From an uncultured delta proteobacterium (lineage in GTDB: Bacteria > Myxococcota_A > Polyangia > Polyangiales > Polyangiaceae), in assembly GCA_963782055.1 (NCBI GenBank), contig CAWAIF010000003.1:6912001-6976000 (forward strand): a stretch of DNA of 64,000 nt. Direction: 5' to 3'. A program made the translations under genes and the position numbers. The notes beneath the pieces were generated by a model, which was not told the origin of the DNA, did no database searches, and was given only the letters and a program-made list of their open reading frames with translations. Below, in pieces: positions 10,312 through 21,500 of the stretch (position 1 is the stretch's first letter; the number at the start of each line of letters is the position of its first letter).

Positions 10312-10773
10312 ATGACCGACTGGTTCTACAAGGCGACGAACAAGAAGCTCGACTACGTGGGAACCCTCCTGCTGGCGGAGCGCGGCTTCCTTTGCAGATC
10401 GGCGTACACCAAGGCGGAGCACTGGGCTGCCAACGTGCAGGCCGTCGAGTTCGGCGACCGCATCCACTTCTACTTCATCGGCCGCGAGCCGACGCCGCTC
10501 GGGGCGTTCGAGGTCATCCGGCGCGAGGACTTCAAGATCGCCAAGCCCACGCCGACCGCCGACGACTTCGCCGGGCCGGTGCCGGGGTGCGCTCTCTACG
10601 AGGTCGTGAACCCAGGCTTCATCGCGAAGCTCGACCCGGACGGCGGCTACGAACCCGACCTCAAGCTTGCCAGATACGCGGGCTCGTTGCTCCGAAAGGT
10701 AGGCCCTGCGGCGCCCGCGCCGCCGAAGTTCCTGGCGGAGCAGCCCACTCTGGTCCGCGCACCGGAGGCGTAG
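10312..10773 (+). CDS. Hypothetical protein, possible EVE/PUA-like domain
   Basis: VQAVEFGDRIHFY...LGAFEV resembles the EVE 'GD.vffY' core; extended -10 TGtTACGCT 6 nt before the ATG. Confidence 0.5.
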   Translation: MTDWFYKATNKKLDYVGTLLLAERGFLCRSAYTKAEHWAANVQAVEFGDRIHFYFIGREPTPLGAFEVIRREDFKIAKPTPTADDFAGPVPGCALYEVVNPGFIAKLDPDGGYEPDLKLARYAGSLLRKVGPAAPAPPKFLAEQPTLVRAPEA

Positions 10774-10782
10774 AGTCGCACC

Positions 10783-11580
10783 ATGCCCACCATGACGATG
10801 TTCACCTTCGGGTACTGGGGTTGGGGCTCGTCGACGAAGCTCCTCTTGAAGGCCAGCTCCGCCGTCGAGCGGGCGCGCGGCTTCGCACGCCCGATGTTCG
10901 TCGACCTTCGCATCTCGCGAAGCGTCCGCGCCGCCGGGTTTCGTGACTCGGCGTTCGAGAAGCTTGCTGGGAGCGGCCGCTACATCTGGATGCCGGAGCT
11001 CGGAAACCGAGCCGTGCGCGACCGCCCGAAGCGCGGACCCAAGATCGTCATCGACGACCCGACAGCAGCTGGAACACTGCTCGATCAGCTCACCGCGAGC
11101 GCCGGCGACAAGCAGCGCGTGATCGCGTTCTGCGCCTGCGAGGTACCGGGGACGAGCGAGAAGCCCGTCTGTCATCGTCGTGTGGTAGCCGACCTGGTAC
11201 TGGCGGAGGCGAAGCGAAGGCGGCTCAAGCTCCACGTGATGGAGTGGCCCGGAGGCACCGCGACGCGCCGGGAGGTGCAGGTCACCACCAAGGAGCTGCG
11301 CGCGCTGGCAAGCCGAGCCGCTCTCAAGCCGAAGTGGCCCGAGGCAGAGATCGCGGCGATGCCGTGGGGCTCACGCATCACGGCGCGGGCGGGTGGGGAG
11401 TCCCTCACGTTTCTCGCCCGCGCACCCAAGCCTCGAGGCGGAAGCCTGGTCTTGCCACAGTGGGCGTGGGGCTGGGACGACTGGGATGAGGCGTACGAGG
11501 AGCACGTGGCTGCTTTGGGGCTTGGTGGGCAGCAAACCGGTGAGGAGCAGCGCTACGCTCGGCCGAGACCGCGCGCGTAA
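10783..11580 (+). CDS. DUF488-like protein with C-terminal extension
   Basis: FTFGY, FVDLR, YIWMPELG and CACE...CHRRVVA match the DUF488 pattern. Confidence 0.7.
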   Translation: MPTMTMFTFGYWGWGSSTKLLLKASSAVERARGFARPMFVDLRISRSVRAAGFRDSAFEKLAGSGRYIWMPELGNRAVRDRPKRGPKIVIDDPTAAGTLLDQLTASAGDKQRVIAFCACEVPGTSEKPVCHRRVVADLVLAEAKRRRLKLHVMEWPGGTATRREVQVTTKELRALASRAALKPKWPEAEIAAMPWGSRITARAGGESLTFLARAPKPRGGSLVLPQWAWGWDDWDEAYEEHVAALGLGGQQTGEEQRYARPRPRA

Positions 11581-11613
11581 CCATCGAAGCGTACTGAAAC
11601 TGAGGTTGCCGCC

Positions 11614-12177
11614 ATGAAGAAGACCAAGGTGAGATGCAAGCCGTTGCAGAAAACCCATCGCACCTTCATCGCCACGGAGATTGCTCGCCTCCTTCCCGTC
11701 GCCGGAGACGAGAGCAACCCAATGCGGAAGGTAGCCCGCGACTTGGTCGATCGGCTGATCTGGCGGTGGACGGCGGACGGATACGATCCGAAGACAAACG
11801 CGGTTCTCTACGATGCCCGAAAGTACGACTGTGATGCCTACGCTCACACGCCCGCGGCGCGGAAGCGAGCACGCGCGGGGAAGCGCGGGATCAGGCATGA
11901 GCACGTGATACCGAAGCGGGCGCTCATCGAGCGGCTCCTTCGAGAGAGACCGGACGCGCAGGCCACTAGAAGGTTTCTGGATCGATTCTGCATCGTTGCC
12001 ATTGTGCTGAAGGAGGATGAGGAGCGCTACATCCCGAAGGCGCTCCGCAAGTCGATGCCCACCACATTCTCCTTCGATGACCCCTCAGCTGACCTCTGGG
12101 CGCGATATCGACCGCACTCCCGCGCCGCGAAGGGGCTATTCGCTCGCCTCCGGTTCCCCAAGGGCCCGAGGCGCTGA
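11614..12177 (+). CDS. Hypothetical protein, possible His-Me/HNH-like nuclease
   Basis: IRHEHVIPK motif followed by IVLKEDE and WARY. Confidence 0.5.
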   Translation: MKKTKVRCKPLQKTHRTFIATEIARLLPVAGDESNPMRKVARDLVDRLIWRWTADGYDPKTNAVLYDARKYDCDAYAHTPAARKRARAGKRGIRHEHVIPKRALIERLLRERPDAQATRRFLDRFCIVAIVLKEDEERYIPKALRKSMPTTFSFDDPSADLWARYRPHSRAAKGLFARLRFPKGPRR

Positions 12178-12249
12178 CTCCGGGCCCCGGACGATCTCGG
12201 GTGCGTCCGAGGCTGCCTTTCCTGCCCCGTATTCCGGCTCGTGGGCGTT

Positions 12250-14346
12250 CTACCCCACCGCCCGCTTCGCCCCTTCCACATCCAGCAACTTCTCCGCCAG
12301 GAGGTCCCCCATCAGCGCCTCCGGCAGGCACGCCTGAAACTTGGACACCGGGGTCCGGGCCGCCGCCTCCGCGAACCTCCGCGCATCCGCCATCGTGGGG
12401 CGCCCCGCGTCCCGGAGCCCGGCGATCTCCTCGCGGATCGCGGCGATACTCTTCGCCGCTCCCTCCCGGAAGGTCACGTGGGTGTTCTGCGCGGTCACCC
12501 GCTCCCCGAGCTCCGCCTCGAGCACCTTGGCTAGCAGGGTGTTCGCGGCGCCGCCAGCGAAGGTCCACCACTCGACCTCCTTGCCCTTGTCGAGCAGGGG
12601 CGCGGGCTCGCCGGCCAGGAAGTCGTGCTCCGCGCGCATGAAGGCGATCCGCTTCTGCGCCCGCTGGGACCACGCGGGGTCCACCTCCGTGTCGCAGAGC
12701 ACCGCGCGCATCGCCTGGCAGAGGTCGTAGCCGAGGAAGCGCGCGCCGCCTGACCAGCGGGTGGACTTGCCCGCGGTCGCCGGGCGGACCTCGCACTGGC
12801 CTCGCTCCCAGTCGATCAGGGTGATCTGCCAGGCCTTGCCGCCGAGGATGAAGGTGCCGCGCTCCGCGTCGGAGTCGATGGTCGCCAGGAACTTGGCGTC
12901 GACCGTACCGATCTCGCGCGTGTTCCACCGCACGACGACGAGCTTCGGCGTGTCGAACACCGAGTAGAGCTTGCGGAAGTTCGCTCGGCCGTACTGCTTC
13001 TCGCCGGCGTCGCCGAGCCAGAGCTTCGCGTCCTGCACTGTGAGGATGTCCTCCCGCTGCATGTGCTCGACAATGCTCTGGCGCTCGCTCTCGCTAAGCC
13101 CCGCGAAGCTCGTCGCCCCCTTGAGCCAGCTCCACCAGTCACCCGGCTCGACGCCTCCGAGCTGGATCGCCAGCGCCATGAGCTGGTGGGCCAGGATGTG
13201 GCTCGCCCGGCGGCTCGGACGCACCGGCTCGACGAAGCCCTGCCGGTACAGCCGGAGCAAGGCGGCCGCCTGGAGGACGCCCTTGTCCTTGGTGGCGAGG
13301 AAGGTGAAGTTGGGGACCGAGCCGTCGCGCCGGCCGGTGCGCCCCATGCGCTGCAGAAAGCTCGCGACGCTGCCCGGGCTATCGATCTGCAGCACGTGAT
13401 CCAGGTCGCCCACGTCGATGCCGAGCTCGAGGGTGCTCGTCGCCACGATGACGCAGTCCTTGCCCGTGGCGAAGGCCTCCTCTGCGCTCTGCCGCTCTCC
13501 GAGCGAGAGTGAGCCGTGGGTGACGAACGTGCGGACCTTGTCCTGATCGAGGAGCTGCCCGAGCGTCTCCGCCTGCCGTCGCGCGTCGACGAAGACCAGC
13601 CGCTTGCGGCCCGGATGGAGCTCCTTGATCACCCGCGCGGCGTTCTCGATGCCCCCTACGAAGTCGAGCGCGACCTCCGGGGTCTTCTTCGCGCCGCCCG
13701 GGTCGATGACGCGACCGGGCCGTGTGGAGCTGCCGGCGACCCAGCGCAAGATCTCGTCCGGGTTGCCTACCGTCGCCGAGAGACCGATGCGCTGCACGTC
13801 GCGGCCCGCGTACCGCGTGAGGCGTTCGAGGACGGAGGCGAGGTGCGCCCCGCGATCGTCGTCTGCGAAGGCGTGGATCTCGTCGATGACCACCGCCCGC
13901 AGTCCCGCGAAGAGCTCACGCGCCGGGAAGCGCGTGCTCATCAGCATCGCCTCGAGCGACTCCGGGGTCGTGAGCATGAGGTCCGCCGGCTCACGGAGGA
14001 ATCTGGTTCGGGCGCTCGACGACACGTCGCCGTGCCACTTGAAGACTCGCCGGCCCACCAGGTCGGCGTACCGCGCGAGGCGATCCTCCTGGTTGTTGAG
14101 CAGCGCGCGGATGGGCGACATGTAGAGGCACGAGACGGGCTGCCACGCCTGCTCGTCCATCAGCGAAAAGATGGGGAAGAAGGCGGCCTCCGTCTTGCCA
14201 CCGGCCGTCGGCGCGAGCACCACGCAGTTGTCGCCCGCGAGGATGGCCTCGATGGCCCTCTCCTGCACCGGCCGGAGCGAGCGGAAGCCGAGGCGGCTGA
14301 CGATCTGGTGCTGCAGCGCCCCACTGAGACGATCGAACGCGGTCAT
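12250..14346 (-). CDS. brxHI: Lhr-like DEAD/H helicase, BREX type 2
   Basis: APTAGGKT, DEIH, SAT, LELGIDVG, QRMGRTGRR; last gene of the Pgl operon; start overlaps brxD stop. Confidence 0.85.
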   Translation of the reverse strand: MTAFDRLSGALQHQIVSRLGFRSLRPVQERAIEAILAGDNCVVLAPTAGGKTEAAFFPIFSLMDEQAWQPVSCLYMSPIRALLNNQEDRLARYADLVGRRVFKWHGDVSSSARTRFLREPADLMLTTPESLEAMLMSTRFPARELFAGLRAVVIDEIHAFADDDRGAHLASVLERLTRYAGRDVQRIGLSATVGNPDEILRWVAGSSTRPGRVIDPGGAKKTPEVALDFVGGIENAARVIKELHPGRKRLVFVDARRQAETLGQLLDQDKVRTFVTHGSLSLGERQSAEEAFATGKDCVIVATSTLELGIDVGDLDHVLQIDSPGSVASFLQRMGRTGRRDGSVPNFTFLATKDKGVLQAAALLRLYRQGFVEPVRPSRRASHILAHQLMALAIQLGGVEPGDWWSWLKGATSFAGLSESERQSIVEHMQREDILTVQDAKLWLGDAGEKQYGRANFRKLYSVFDTPKLVVVRWNTREIGTVDAKFLATIDSDAERGTFILGGKAWQITLIDWERGQCEVRPATAGKSTRWSGGARFLGYDLCQAMRAVLCDTEVDPAWSQRAQKRIAFMRAEHDFLAGEPAPLLDKGKEVEWWTFAGGAANTLLAKVLEAELGERVTAQNTHVTFREGAAKSIAAIREEIAGLRDAGRPTMADARRFAEAAARTPVSKFQACLPEALMGDLLAEKLLDVEGAKRAVG

Positions 14347-15692
14347 TCGAGAGCCCCGCCGCCGCCACCGTCCTCCGTCAGGTCGAGGTCGATGTCGTCG
14401 ACCGAGCGCGCGATGCCGGCGGCGTACCGCTCTTCGGCCGTCATCTCGTTCGGCTGGATGGTGAAGTCCTCGTGCTCCGCCGGGTCGTACTCGGCGTGCT
14501 CGTCCACCTTGTCGAGCACGCTGACCAGGCGCTGCAGGAAGATTCGCGGCACCACGCCGATCTTCTTCCCGAGCTGCCCGGACACTCGCTCGACGATGGC
14601 GCCAAGGACCGCATCGTTCACGCGTGACTCGATGCGTTCCTTCTCGGGCGACGGGTAGAGCTCGCGGACGCGCGTTCCGACGCGCAGCAGCTTCTCACGG
14701 TCGAAGGGCGGGAGGCGGATCCGCACCGCACGCGCGCTGTCGAACCGGGAGTCCTTCCCGAAGTCGACGTGGAGCCGCTGGGCGAGCGGATCGAGGCCGC
14801 CAACCCCGCGGCTGCTCTCGAAGAAGGAGGGGGTGCCGGTGATGAGCAGGTACAGCCCTGGGAAACGCTGCGCCGCGACGTCGTCGATGAGCTGGCGGAG
14901 CGCGTTGAGGCTCTTCTCGCGGCTCTCCCGGCGGACGCGCTGGATGGTCTCCACCTCGTCGAGGACGAGCACCAGGCCCTTTCGCCCCGTCTGCTTCAGC
15001 ACCTCGAGCAGGCCCCGGATGAATCCGGCGGCGCCGAAGTGATCCACCTCGCCCTTCAGGTTGGCCGCGCGCTTGATGCCGGCGCCGACGTTGGGGTTTC
15101 CCATCAGCCAGGCGACGAGGCCGTCGGAGGTGGCGTGGTCGCCCCGGACCCTCGCGGTGTGGCATGCGCGGAGCGCCGCCGCGAAGTCGGGCTGCGTCGC
15201 GCTCACCTCGGCGAGCCGCCGCTCCAGCAGCTGGCCGACCGCCTGCGCCACGGCCTCCGGATCCTGCGCGTTGATCTCACCGGCCGCGAGCACCTCGTCT
15301 TCGAGGGAGAAGAACCAGCGGTCGACCAGCGCGTGGAACGCCCCGTCGCTCCACTCGCGCGTCTGCAAACCCTCTACGGCGCGGCGGTATACCGTCTCCA
15401 TCCGGTACAGCGGGGTCTCCGCCTCGGAGATCTGGACCTGCGCGGTGGCGAAGCCCTTCTCTCGGGCCCGGTGCTCCAGCCAGCGCGAGAAGAACGTCTT
15501 TCCCGCGCCATACTCGCCCTGCACCGCCTTGAACTTGCTGCCTCCGGCCGCGACGCTGTCGAGCTCCTCGTCGATGGCCTTCTCGAAGCGCTCCAGGCCC
15601 ACGGCGAAGAGCTCGAGGCCGCGCTTCGGGACCGTGCCGCTTCGCAGGGCGTCGATGATCTCCCGGCGCTTGAGGGGGCTCGGATCGCTCAC
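14343..15692 (-). CDS. brxD: BREX ATP-binding protein BrxD
   Basis: IIDALRSGTVP, GEYGAGKT, LVLDEVE; GTG overlaps pglZ stop. Confidence 0.9.
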   Translation of the reverse strand: MSDPSPLKRREIIDALRSGTVPKRGLELFAVGLERFEKAIDEELDSVAAGGSKFKAVQGEYGAGKTFFSRWLEHRAREKGFATAQVQISEAETPLYRMETVYRRAVEGLQTREWSDGAFHALVDRWFFSLEDEVLAAGEINAQDPEAVAQAVGQLLERRLAEVSATQPDFAAALRACHTARVRGDHATSDGLVAWLMGNPNVGAGIKRAANLKGEVDHFGAAGFIRGLLEVLKQTGRKGLVLVLDEVETIQRVRRESREKSLNALRQLIDDVAAQRFPGLYLLITGTPSFFESSRGVGGLDPLAQRLHVDFGKDSRFDSARAVRIRLPPFDREKLLRVGTRVRELYPSPEKERIESRVNDAVLGAIVERVSGQLGKKIGVVPRIFLQRLVSVLDKVDEHAEYDPAEHEDFTIQPNEMTAEERYAAGIARSVDDIDLDLTEDGGGGGALE

Positions 15693-18520
15693 AGCTTCAC
15701 CCCGAACTGGGCCTCCAGCACGGCACGCTGGAGAACGACCTGCTTGGCTCTCAGATCGTGCGTGATCGCCTCGTAGCCGTCCACGTTGAGGACCTCCTGG
15801 AGCTTGCGAATGAGCCCGGTCGCCCGCCACGCAGGCTCGCCGAGGGCCGCGCAGAACGCGTCCAGATGCGCGTTGTCGCGCCGCTCGACCAGGTACTGCA
15901 CCGCGGCGATGACGCGGCGACGCTCCTCCGCGCTCGGGCATCGTGCTGCGAGGAGTTCGTTCTTCTCCAGCGGCGAGGGCGCGACGCTACGCATGGATCC
16001 GGACGCGGGTCTGCGCGGCGGGGGCGCCGCAGGTGGCGGCGCGGTCTCCGCCGGCGCCGGTGCCAGGCCCCCCAGCGGGAGCTGCTCTTTCGGAGGGCCC
16101 TTCGGCTTCTTCGGCGGCTTCCGCGGCAGCAGCGGGTCCGCCACGGGGCTCGCATCGACCGCGCGCTCCACGTCGAGGTGCCACCACGACGGCTCCAGCA
16201 GCGGCATCACCTTCTGATCCGCATCGTGCACGTGACGCCCGTCGTCCGGAGCGATGAGCAGGCAGGGCGCCACCACCTCGGCGAGGCTCGCGCCGCCGTG
16301 CTCGCCGGCGTGGGTGCCGCCGCCGTAACGCGTGCGGTCGTCCGCCAGGAGGACCACCCCATGCGCGCCCTTCGGTGCCCACACGCCCGTGCCGTGAAAC
16401 CCGACCTCGTCGTCGCTCACCGGGTCGGACGCCTCCGTCCACGGTCGCCAGCGCGCGCCGGCGCCCACGAAGTTCCCCTTCGACGCGAGCAGATCGCCCG
16501 GCACGTGCCCGTGGTCCGACGCGAGCAGCACCGCGCGCCCCGCCTCGCGCGCCGCATCGAGGAGCTGCGGGAGCGATCCGATGCTGTCGGCCGTCCACTC
16601 GTGCCGCTGTTGCGTATCGCCCTTCAGCGAGGCGTCGATGGCGTTGATGACGATGGCCACGAGGCGACGCCCCGGGTCCCGCACGAAGGTGAGCGCTTCC
16701 GTCGAAGCGACGCCGGAGCTCGTGTGGCCCTCGCCGCGCAACATCAGCCGCGGGTCGACCCCTTCGCGCTCCACCTTGCCCACGGCCCTGTTCGCGACCC
16801 AGCGCTTCGGATCGTCCGCCGTGGTCTGGGTCGCGCCGGCGGGCGTGGCCTTGCCCGCGAAGAAGGCCGCCCGGCTCACCTCGGTGACGGTCGGGAGCTG
16901 CGCGAACACCACCGGCCGCGCGCTTTGCCCGACCTGGCCATTCTTCGACGCGTGCCACGCCATCGGGCCCCACGGAACCGCCCAGTCGCCGAGGGACGCG
17001 AGGACCGTCACCGCCTGCGCCCACGCCATCCCGTCCATGAGCAGAACGAGCAGCTTGCGTGTCGGCTCCCCGGCGAGGAAGCGCAGCGCGATGCGCTCGA
17101 CGGCCATGTCGATGGGCAGGGCCTGAGCAGACGGCCGGCCCGCCTCGATCCAGCCCACCAGCGATCGGGCGAAGCGCCGGTCGAGCCCGCTGCGCGCCGC
17201 GTCGGCGGCCTGCACGACGGCCTGCACGCCGCGCCCGAAGGCGTCGACCGCGGGGCCCCGCGCGTCGCGCCGCGCGAGATCCACGAACCCGCCCTGTTCG
17301 GTGTACCAGCGACCGAGCACCTCGGCGTCGCGGTAGGGAGTGTCGGTGGCGGGATCGGGTCCGGGGCTGCTCAGCCAGGCGAGGAGCTGCACGGCACGCT
17401 CGGCCCGGCGCGTGACCGGCGCTTGCTCCGGGTCCAGGAAGAACACATGCGTCTCGAGTCGCGCCCGCGCGCTGACCGCGAGCTCCAGCGCCTCCGGACC
17501 AGGGCTCGCGGCGCCGCTCTCCAGCACCTTCCCGAGCGCGTCCAGGCGAAGCCTCCACGCGATGGGGAGGCGCTTGCTGTCGATCAGCAGCGCCTTGACG
17601 TCGCTCGCGGTCACCTTGGCCTCTGCCGAGGCCAGCACCGTCCGCACCAGCGCCGGCTGCCGCTCGCCGACCCAGCGCAGCGCGCGGCCCACCGCGTCGC
17701 CAAGCTGCCGCGCGACGCGATGCGCGACCTCTTCGTCCTTCACCCCGAGCTCCGACTGCTGCATCCCCCGCCACGTGTAGGCAGGACCATGCTCGTGCGT
17801 GGCGAGCGCCTCGAAGAGGACGGCGAGCTCCAGGATGGCGACGCCGCGCCTGGCGCGCGCCGACCGCCACACGACCACCCCCGCCTCCCCGAGGGTCCGG
17901 CGGAGGTGCGACTCGATCGCAGCGACGAGCGTGACGTGCCCCGCCTCCAGCGCCTCGATGTCGGCCACGCGGTTGTCGACCGCGGCCCAGCCAAGCAGGA
18001 GGTCCAGCGCCAGACCGTCGGCCGTGTCGATGCAGAAGCGTGCGCCGAGCCAGCGGTCGAAGAGCGCTTCCAGCGTGACCAGCCCACCGATCCCAGACGT
18101 CCCTTGCAGCTCGGAGGGGTGGGCCAGGAGGTGGTCGGCCAGCGGTGAGCCCAGGACGCCGTCGCCCAGATCCGTGGCGCCGAGGAGCCGCTTCAGTCGG
18201 GCCTCCTTGCCGATGCGCCGGATGTGCCCATTGCGCGAGAAGCGCCCGGCGAGATCGATCGGGATCTCGCCCGTCCACGGCACGATGAACGCTATCGGGA
18301 GGGAGACCGCGCCGAGCGTGGGCAGCCGGGCGCGCAAGTCGAGCTCGCTCTTCACCGGGACGATGCGGAAGCGCTCGCCGGTCGCGCTGGGGACCTCCTC
18401 CTCCGAGCCCGGCGCGTAGGACCCGTGGAACGCGAACAGACGACGGCCCCTCTGATCCGCCTTCCGGATTTGCTCCATGGCGTCTTCGACGTCCTTGCGG
18501 CTCAGCTCGGGCAGGTCCAT
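15689..18520 (-). CDS. pglZ: BREX-2 phosphatase PglZ
   Basis: LMDGM, PTVTEVSR, SDHGH, HGGAS alkaline-phosphatase-superfamily motifs; operon position. Confidence 0.92.
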   Translation of the reverse strand: MDLPELSRKDVEDAMEQIRKADQRGRRLFAFHGSYAPGSEEEVPSATGERFRIVPVKSELDLRARLPTLGAVSLPIAFIVPWTGEIPIDLAGRFSRNGHIRRIGKEARLKRLLGATDLGDGVLGSPLADHLLAHPSELQGTSGIGGLVTLEALFDRWLGARFCIDTADGLALDLLLGWAAVDNRVADIEALEAGHVTLVAAIESHLRRTLGEAGVVVWRSARARRGVAILELAVLFEALATHEHGPAYTWRGMQQSELGVKDEEVAHRVARQLGDAVGRALRWVGERQPALVRTVLASAEAKVTASDVKALLIDSKRLPIAWRLRLDALGKVLESGAASPGPEALELAVSARARLETHVFFLDPEQAPVTRRAERAVQLLAWLSSPGPDPATDTPYRDAEVLGRWYTEQGGFVDLARRDARGPAVDAFGRGVQAVVQAADAARSGLDRRFARSLVGWIEAGRPSAQALPIDMAVERIALRFLAGEPTRKLLVLLMDGMAWAQAVTVLASLGDWAVPWGPMAWHASKNGQVGQSARPVVFAQLPTVTEVSRAAFFAGKATPAGATQTTADDPKRWVANRAVGKVEREGVDPRLMLRGEGHTSSGVASTEALTFVRDPGRRLVAIVINAIDASLKGDTQQRHEWTADSIGSLPQLLDAAREAGRAVLLASDHGHVPGDLLASKGNFVGAGARWRPWTEASDPVSDDEVGFHGTGVWAPKGAHGVVLLADDRTRYGGGTHAGEHGGASLAEVVAPCLLIAPDDGRHVHDADQKVMPLLEPSWWHLDVERAVDASPVADPLLPRKPPKKPKGPPKEQLPLGGLAPAPAETAPPPAAPPPRRPASGSMRSVAPSPLEKNELLAARCPSAEERRRVIAAVQYLVERRDNAHLDAFCAALGEPAWRATGLIRKLQEVLNVDGYEAITHDLRAKQVVLQRAVLEAQFGVKL

Positions 18521-18531
18521 CTCCGCCCTCG

Positions 18532-21500
18532 TCAGGCCTTGTCGGTTTCCGGCTTGCCGCGAACCTCGACGCTCGCGGTCAGCTCCACCTCGTCCCCGGC
18601 CTCTTCGAGCGCCGCGCGAGCCTTCGCGATCAGCGCGTCGAGCTGCGTCCGTGCGGCGGCGCCGCCTTTCGCGCTCGCGCGTTCGGAGAGCACCACCTTC
18701 CACCCTTGGGGCGGCGGGGGCGGCGCCGGCCGCAGCGCGATGGCCTCCTGCGCGAGCTTCCGGAGCGTCTCCACGAGCGGCTCGTTGACCTCATCCTGCC
18801 GCAGCGCACGCACCACCTTCTCGACGACCTCGGTGGCGCCCTGCACGTCAGCGTGCTCGCTGAGCAGCGGCTCGAAGGCGTGAAAGAACACGTCGTCCGC
18901 GAGCTGCGCCGCGACCTTCTCCGCCGTCATCAGGCTCCGACCCAGGGCCTGCGCGCTCGTCTTCGGCTCGAAGCGCGCGAGCGCGGCGATCTGCTCCAGG
19001 GTGGAGGCGCCTGCCAGCGACTTACAGATGGCAGCGCCGCTCTTCGCCGTGGTGACGCGGTCCACCTTCGTCTCCGCGCCGAGCGCGGCGAGCCGTCGCT
19101 CGACGAGGGCGGGCAACGCCGCGGCCGCTCGCTCGACGCGCCCGAGCTCCTTCGCCAGCGCCACCTCGAAGCGCTTCAGGTTGTCGGCGTGGAGCGCCTT
19201 GCCCGGGAGGGTGAAGCCGAACAGGTACCCCGCGAGGCCGAGCGCCTTGTTCCACTGGTCCATCGGCGGAAGGGGCGGCTTCTCCAGGATCACGTCGTCC
19301 GCCAGCCGCGTCCTGGCCACCGGCTCCAGAGGCCGCCCCGCCTGCATGAAGGTGCGCGCGGCCCACCGCGCGTAGCAGCGGATGACGAGGTCCTCGGTCT
19401 CCGGGCTGAGCCCCCGCTTGCGCTGCGGGTCGAGCCAGCGGCGGAGCTCCACCACCTGCGGCTCCTGGCTCCCCGCCTTGGCCCGCTCCTGCTCGAGCGT
19501 CTGCAGCGTCTTGTCCTCCACGAGGTGCACCGCACCCTCGCTCGTCCGGACGAGGCCCAGTTCGCCGAGCGTGTCGCGCATCTCGTTGACCAGGGTCTTG
19601 TCGGCCGCCAGGCGTTTCTGGTCGCTGTCGACGAGCTCGCCGAACTTCTCCACCAGCCGCTCGACGCGCTGCGGAGTGAGTGGCTCGCGGAGCTCCGGGT
19701 TGCTCGGGTACCGCGCCTCGAGGAGCGCGCCGACGTAACGCTCGAGCGCCTCACTGAGGTTCGGCGCCATCAGAGGGGAGATCTTGGCGCCTGGCTTGAG
19801 GACCCGCAGGTTCTGCTCGACGATCGCCGACTCGTCGAGGTCGCCGTCCTTCGGGCGCGCGAGCCCGTAGGCCTGGTCGAGCACCCGCACGAGCCGGCCG
19901 CGCTTGGCGTGGCGCAGGTTGTCCAGATCGCTCTGCGCGCGCTGCTGATCGGCGACCCCGAGATGGCTCACCGCCTCGCGCTGCGTGTCCTTGGAGTCGA
20001 AGATGTACTCCAGGATCGTCAGCTCCCCGAGCAGATCGTTGACCTCCTTGGCGAAGAAGCTGGGCAGCCAGACGAGCGTCCAGCTTCCACCTTCCTCCAC
20101 GAAGCGGTCGCACACCTCCTCGTCGTCGACGGGGCCATGTCCCGCGTCGTCGAAGGGGTAGTCGACAATCATTCGCCACTCGTGCGCGTCGGCGCACCGG
20201 AGCTGCTCCGGGCCGAGCTTGCGGACGTTGGCGAAGCGAAGGTGGCCGGAGCGCTTGGTGTTGTGCCACACCACCACGCGGTCCTGGCCGGCGTCGCCCA
20301 CCTCCTCGATCCCCATGGCGCCGAAGAGCACGTTCCGGAGGACGCGCTGCCTGGCTCCGGGCGAGTCCTTGCCGCGGAACTTGTCGAGGATGGGGCCCAG
20401 GTCCACGCCCTCCAGCTGCAGCCGCACGCTCGGATCGGCGCCGTCGCCGATGCGAAGCTGCCCGAGGGAGCCCGCCCAGCGTCGCAGGCGCTGCGCGATC
20501 TCCGCCGCCTCACCGCCCGGGACGGGCACCTTCAGGCTCCCCTGATTGAGCTGCACCAGCTTGCTGCAGGTCAGGTCCTTGAGGGCGGGCACCTCCGGCA
20601 CCAGGGCGGCGACGAGCAGCGTCTTGGCGATGCGGTTGTCGGTGCGGCAGCCCTTCTCCGGGCAGCCCGCGCAGCCGAGGCGCGTGAGGTGCGACGGCCG
20701 CTCGCGCTGGCACCGGTCGGGCCCCGTCGTGCCGTGCGCCGCCCGGATGATGGGCAGCAGCTTGTGCTTGTACAGGCTCTTGGCCGACTCGAAGCGGTTC
20801 TTCATCATGCCGTCGACGGCGTCCTCGCCAGCGGCGAGCACGTCGAACAGATCGCCGACGCGGACGATCTCCCCGACGGCGAGGTCGGGCATGTACTCGA
20901 CCAGCATCTCCATCAGCATGCGGATGGCCGTGCGCTCGCGCTGCAGCGACGCCGAGAGCGCCACCAGCGCCTCGACGAGCGCCGGGCTGAACGGATACAG
21001 CCGCCGGAAGGCGCGCTCGTCCTCCTGCCCCAGCAGCGTGTACCAGGAGGCGCCGGCGCCCTTCTTGAAGCTGGCGAAGGCGTCGTCGATGGGCTTCGGA
21101 TCGCCGTTCTTCGGGCGGAGCACACGCCGCTCGATGATCTCCGGCAGGTTCTTGTCCTCCAGCATCACCTTCTCGTAGCGGCCCTCCCACCACCGGAGCG
21201 AGTCGCGGAGGCGCACGTGCTCGTCGCCCAGCATGTCCTCGCCCACCATCTCGGCGAGGTCACGCTGCCGCGCGATGAAGCTGATGATGGGGACGGGCCG
21301 GTCGGCCTCCTGGGCCTCGACCAGCTTCACCATCTTCTGCACCTCCCGGTGCAAGATCTCCGGCGTGGTGGCGAGGCTCCAGAGCCACAAGATCAGCTCG
21401 TCCAGGAAGAGGACCACGCCGTCGTAGCCGAGCTCCTTGGCGTGCCGCGACATCACGCTCAGGCCCGTGTCCAGATCGAGGTAGCTCCCGCCCTTCTCGG

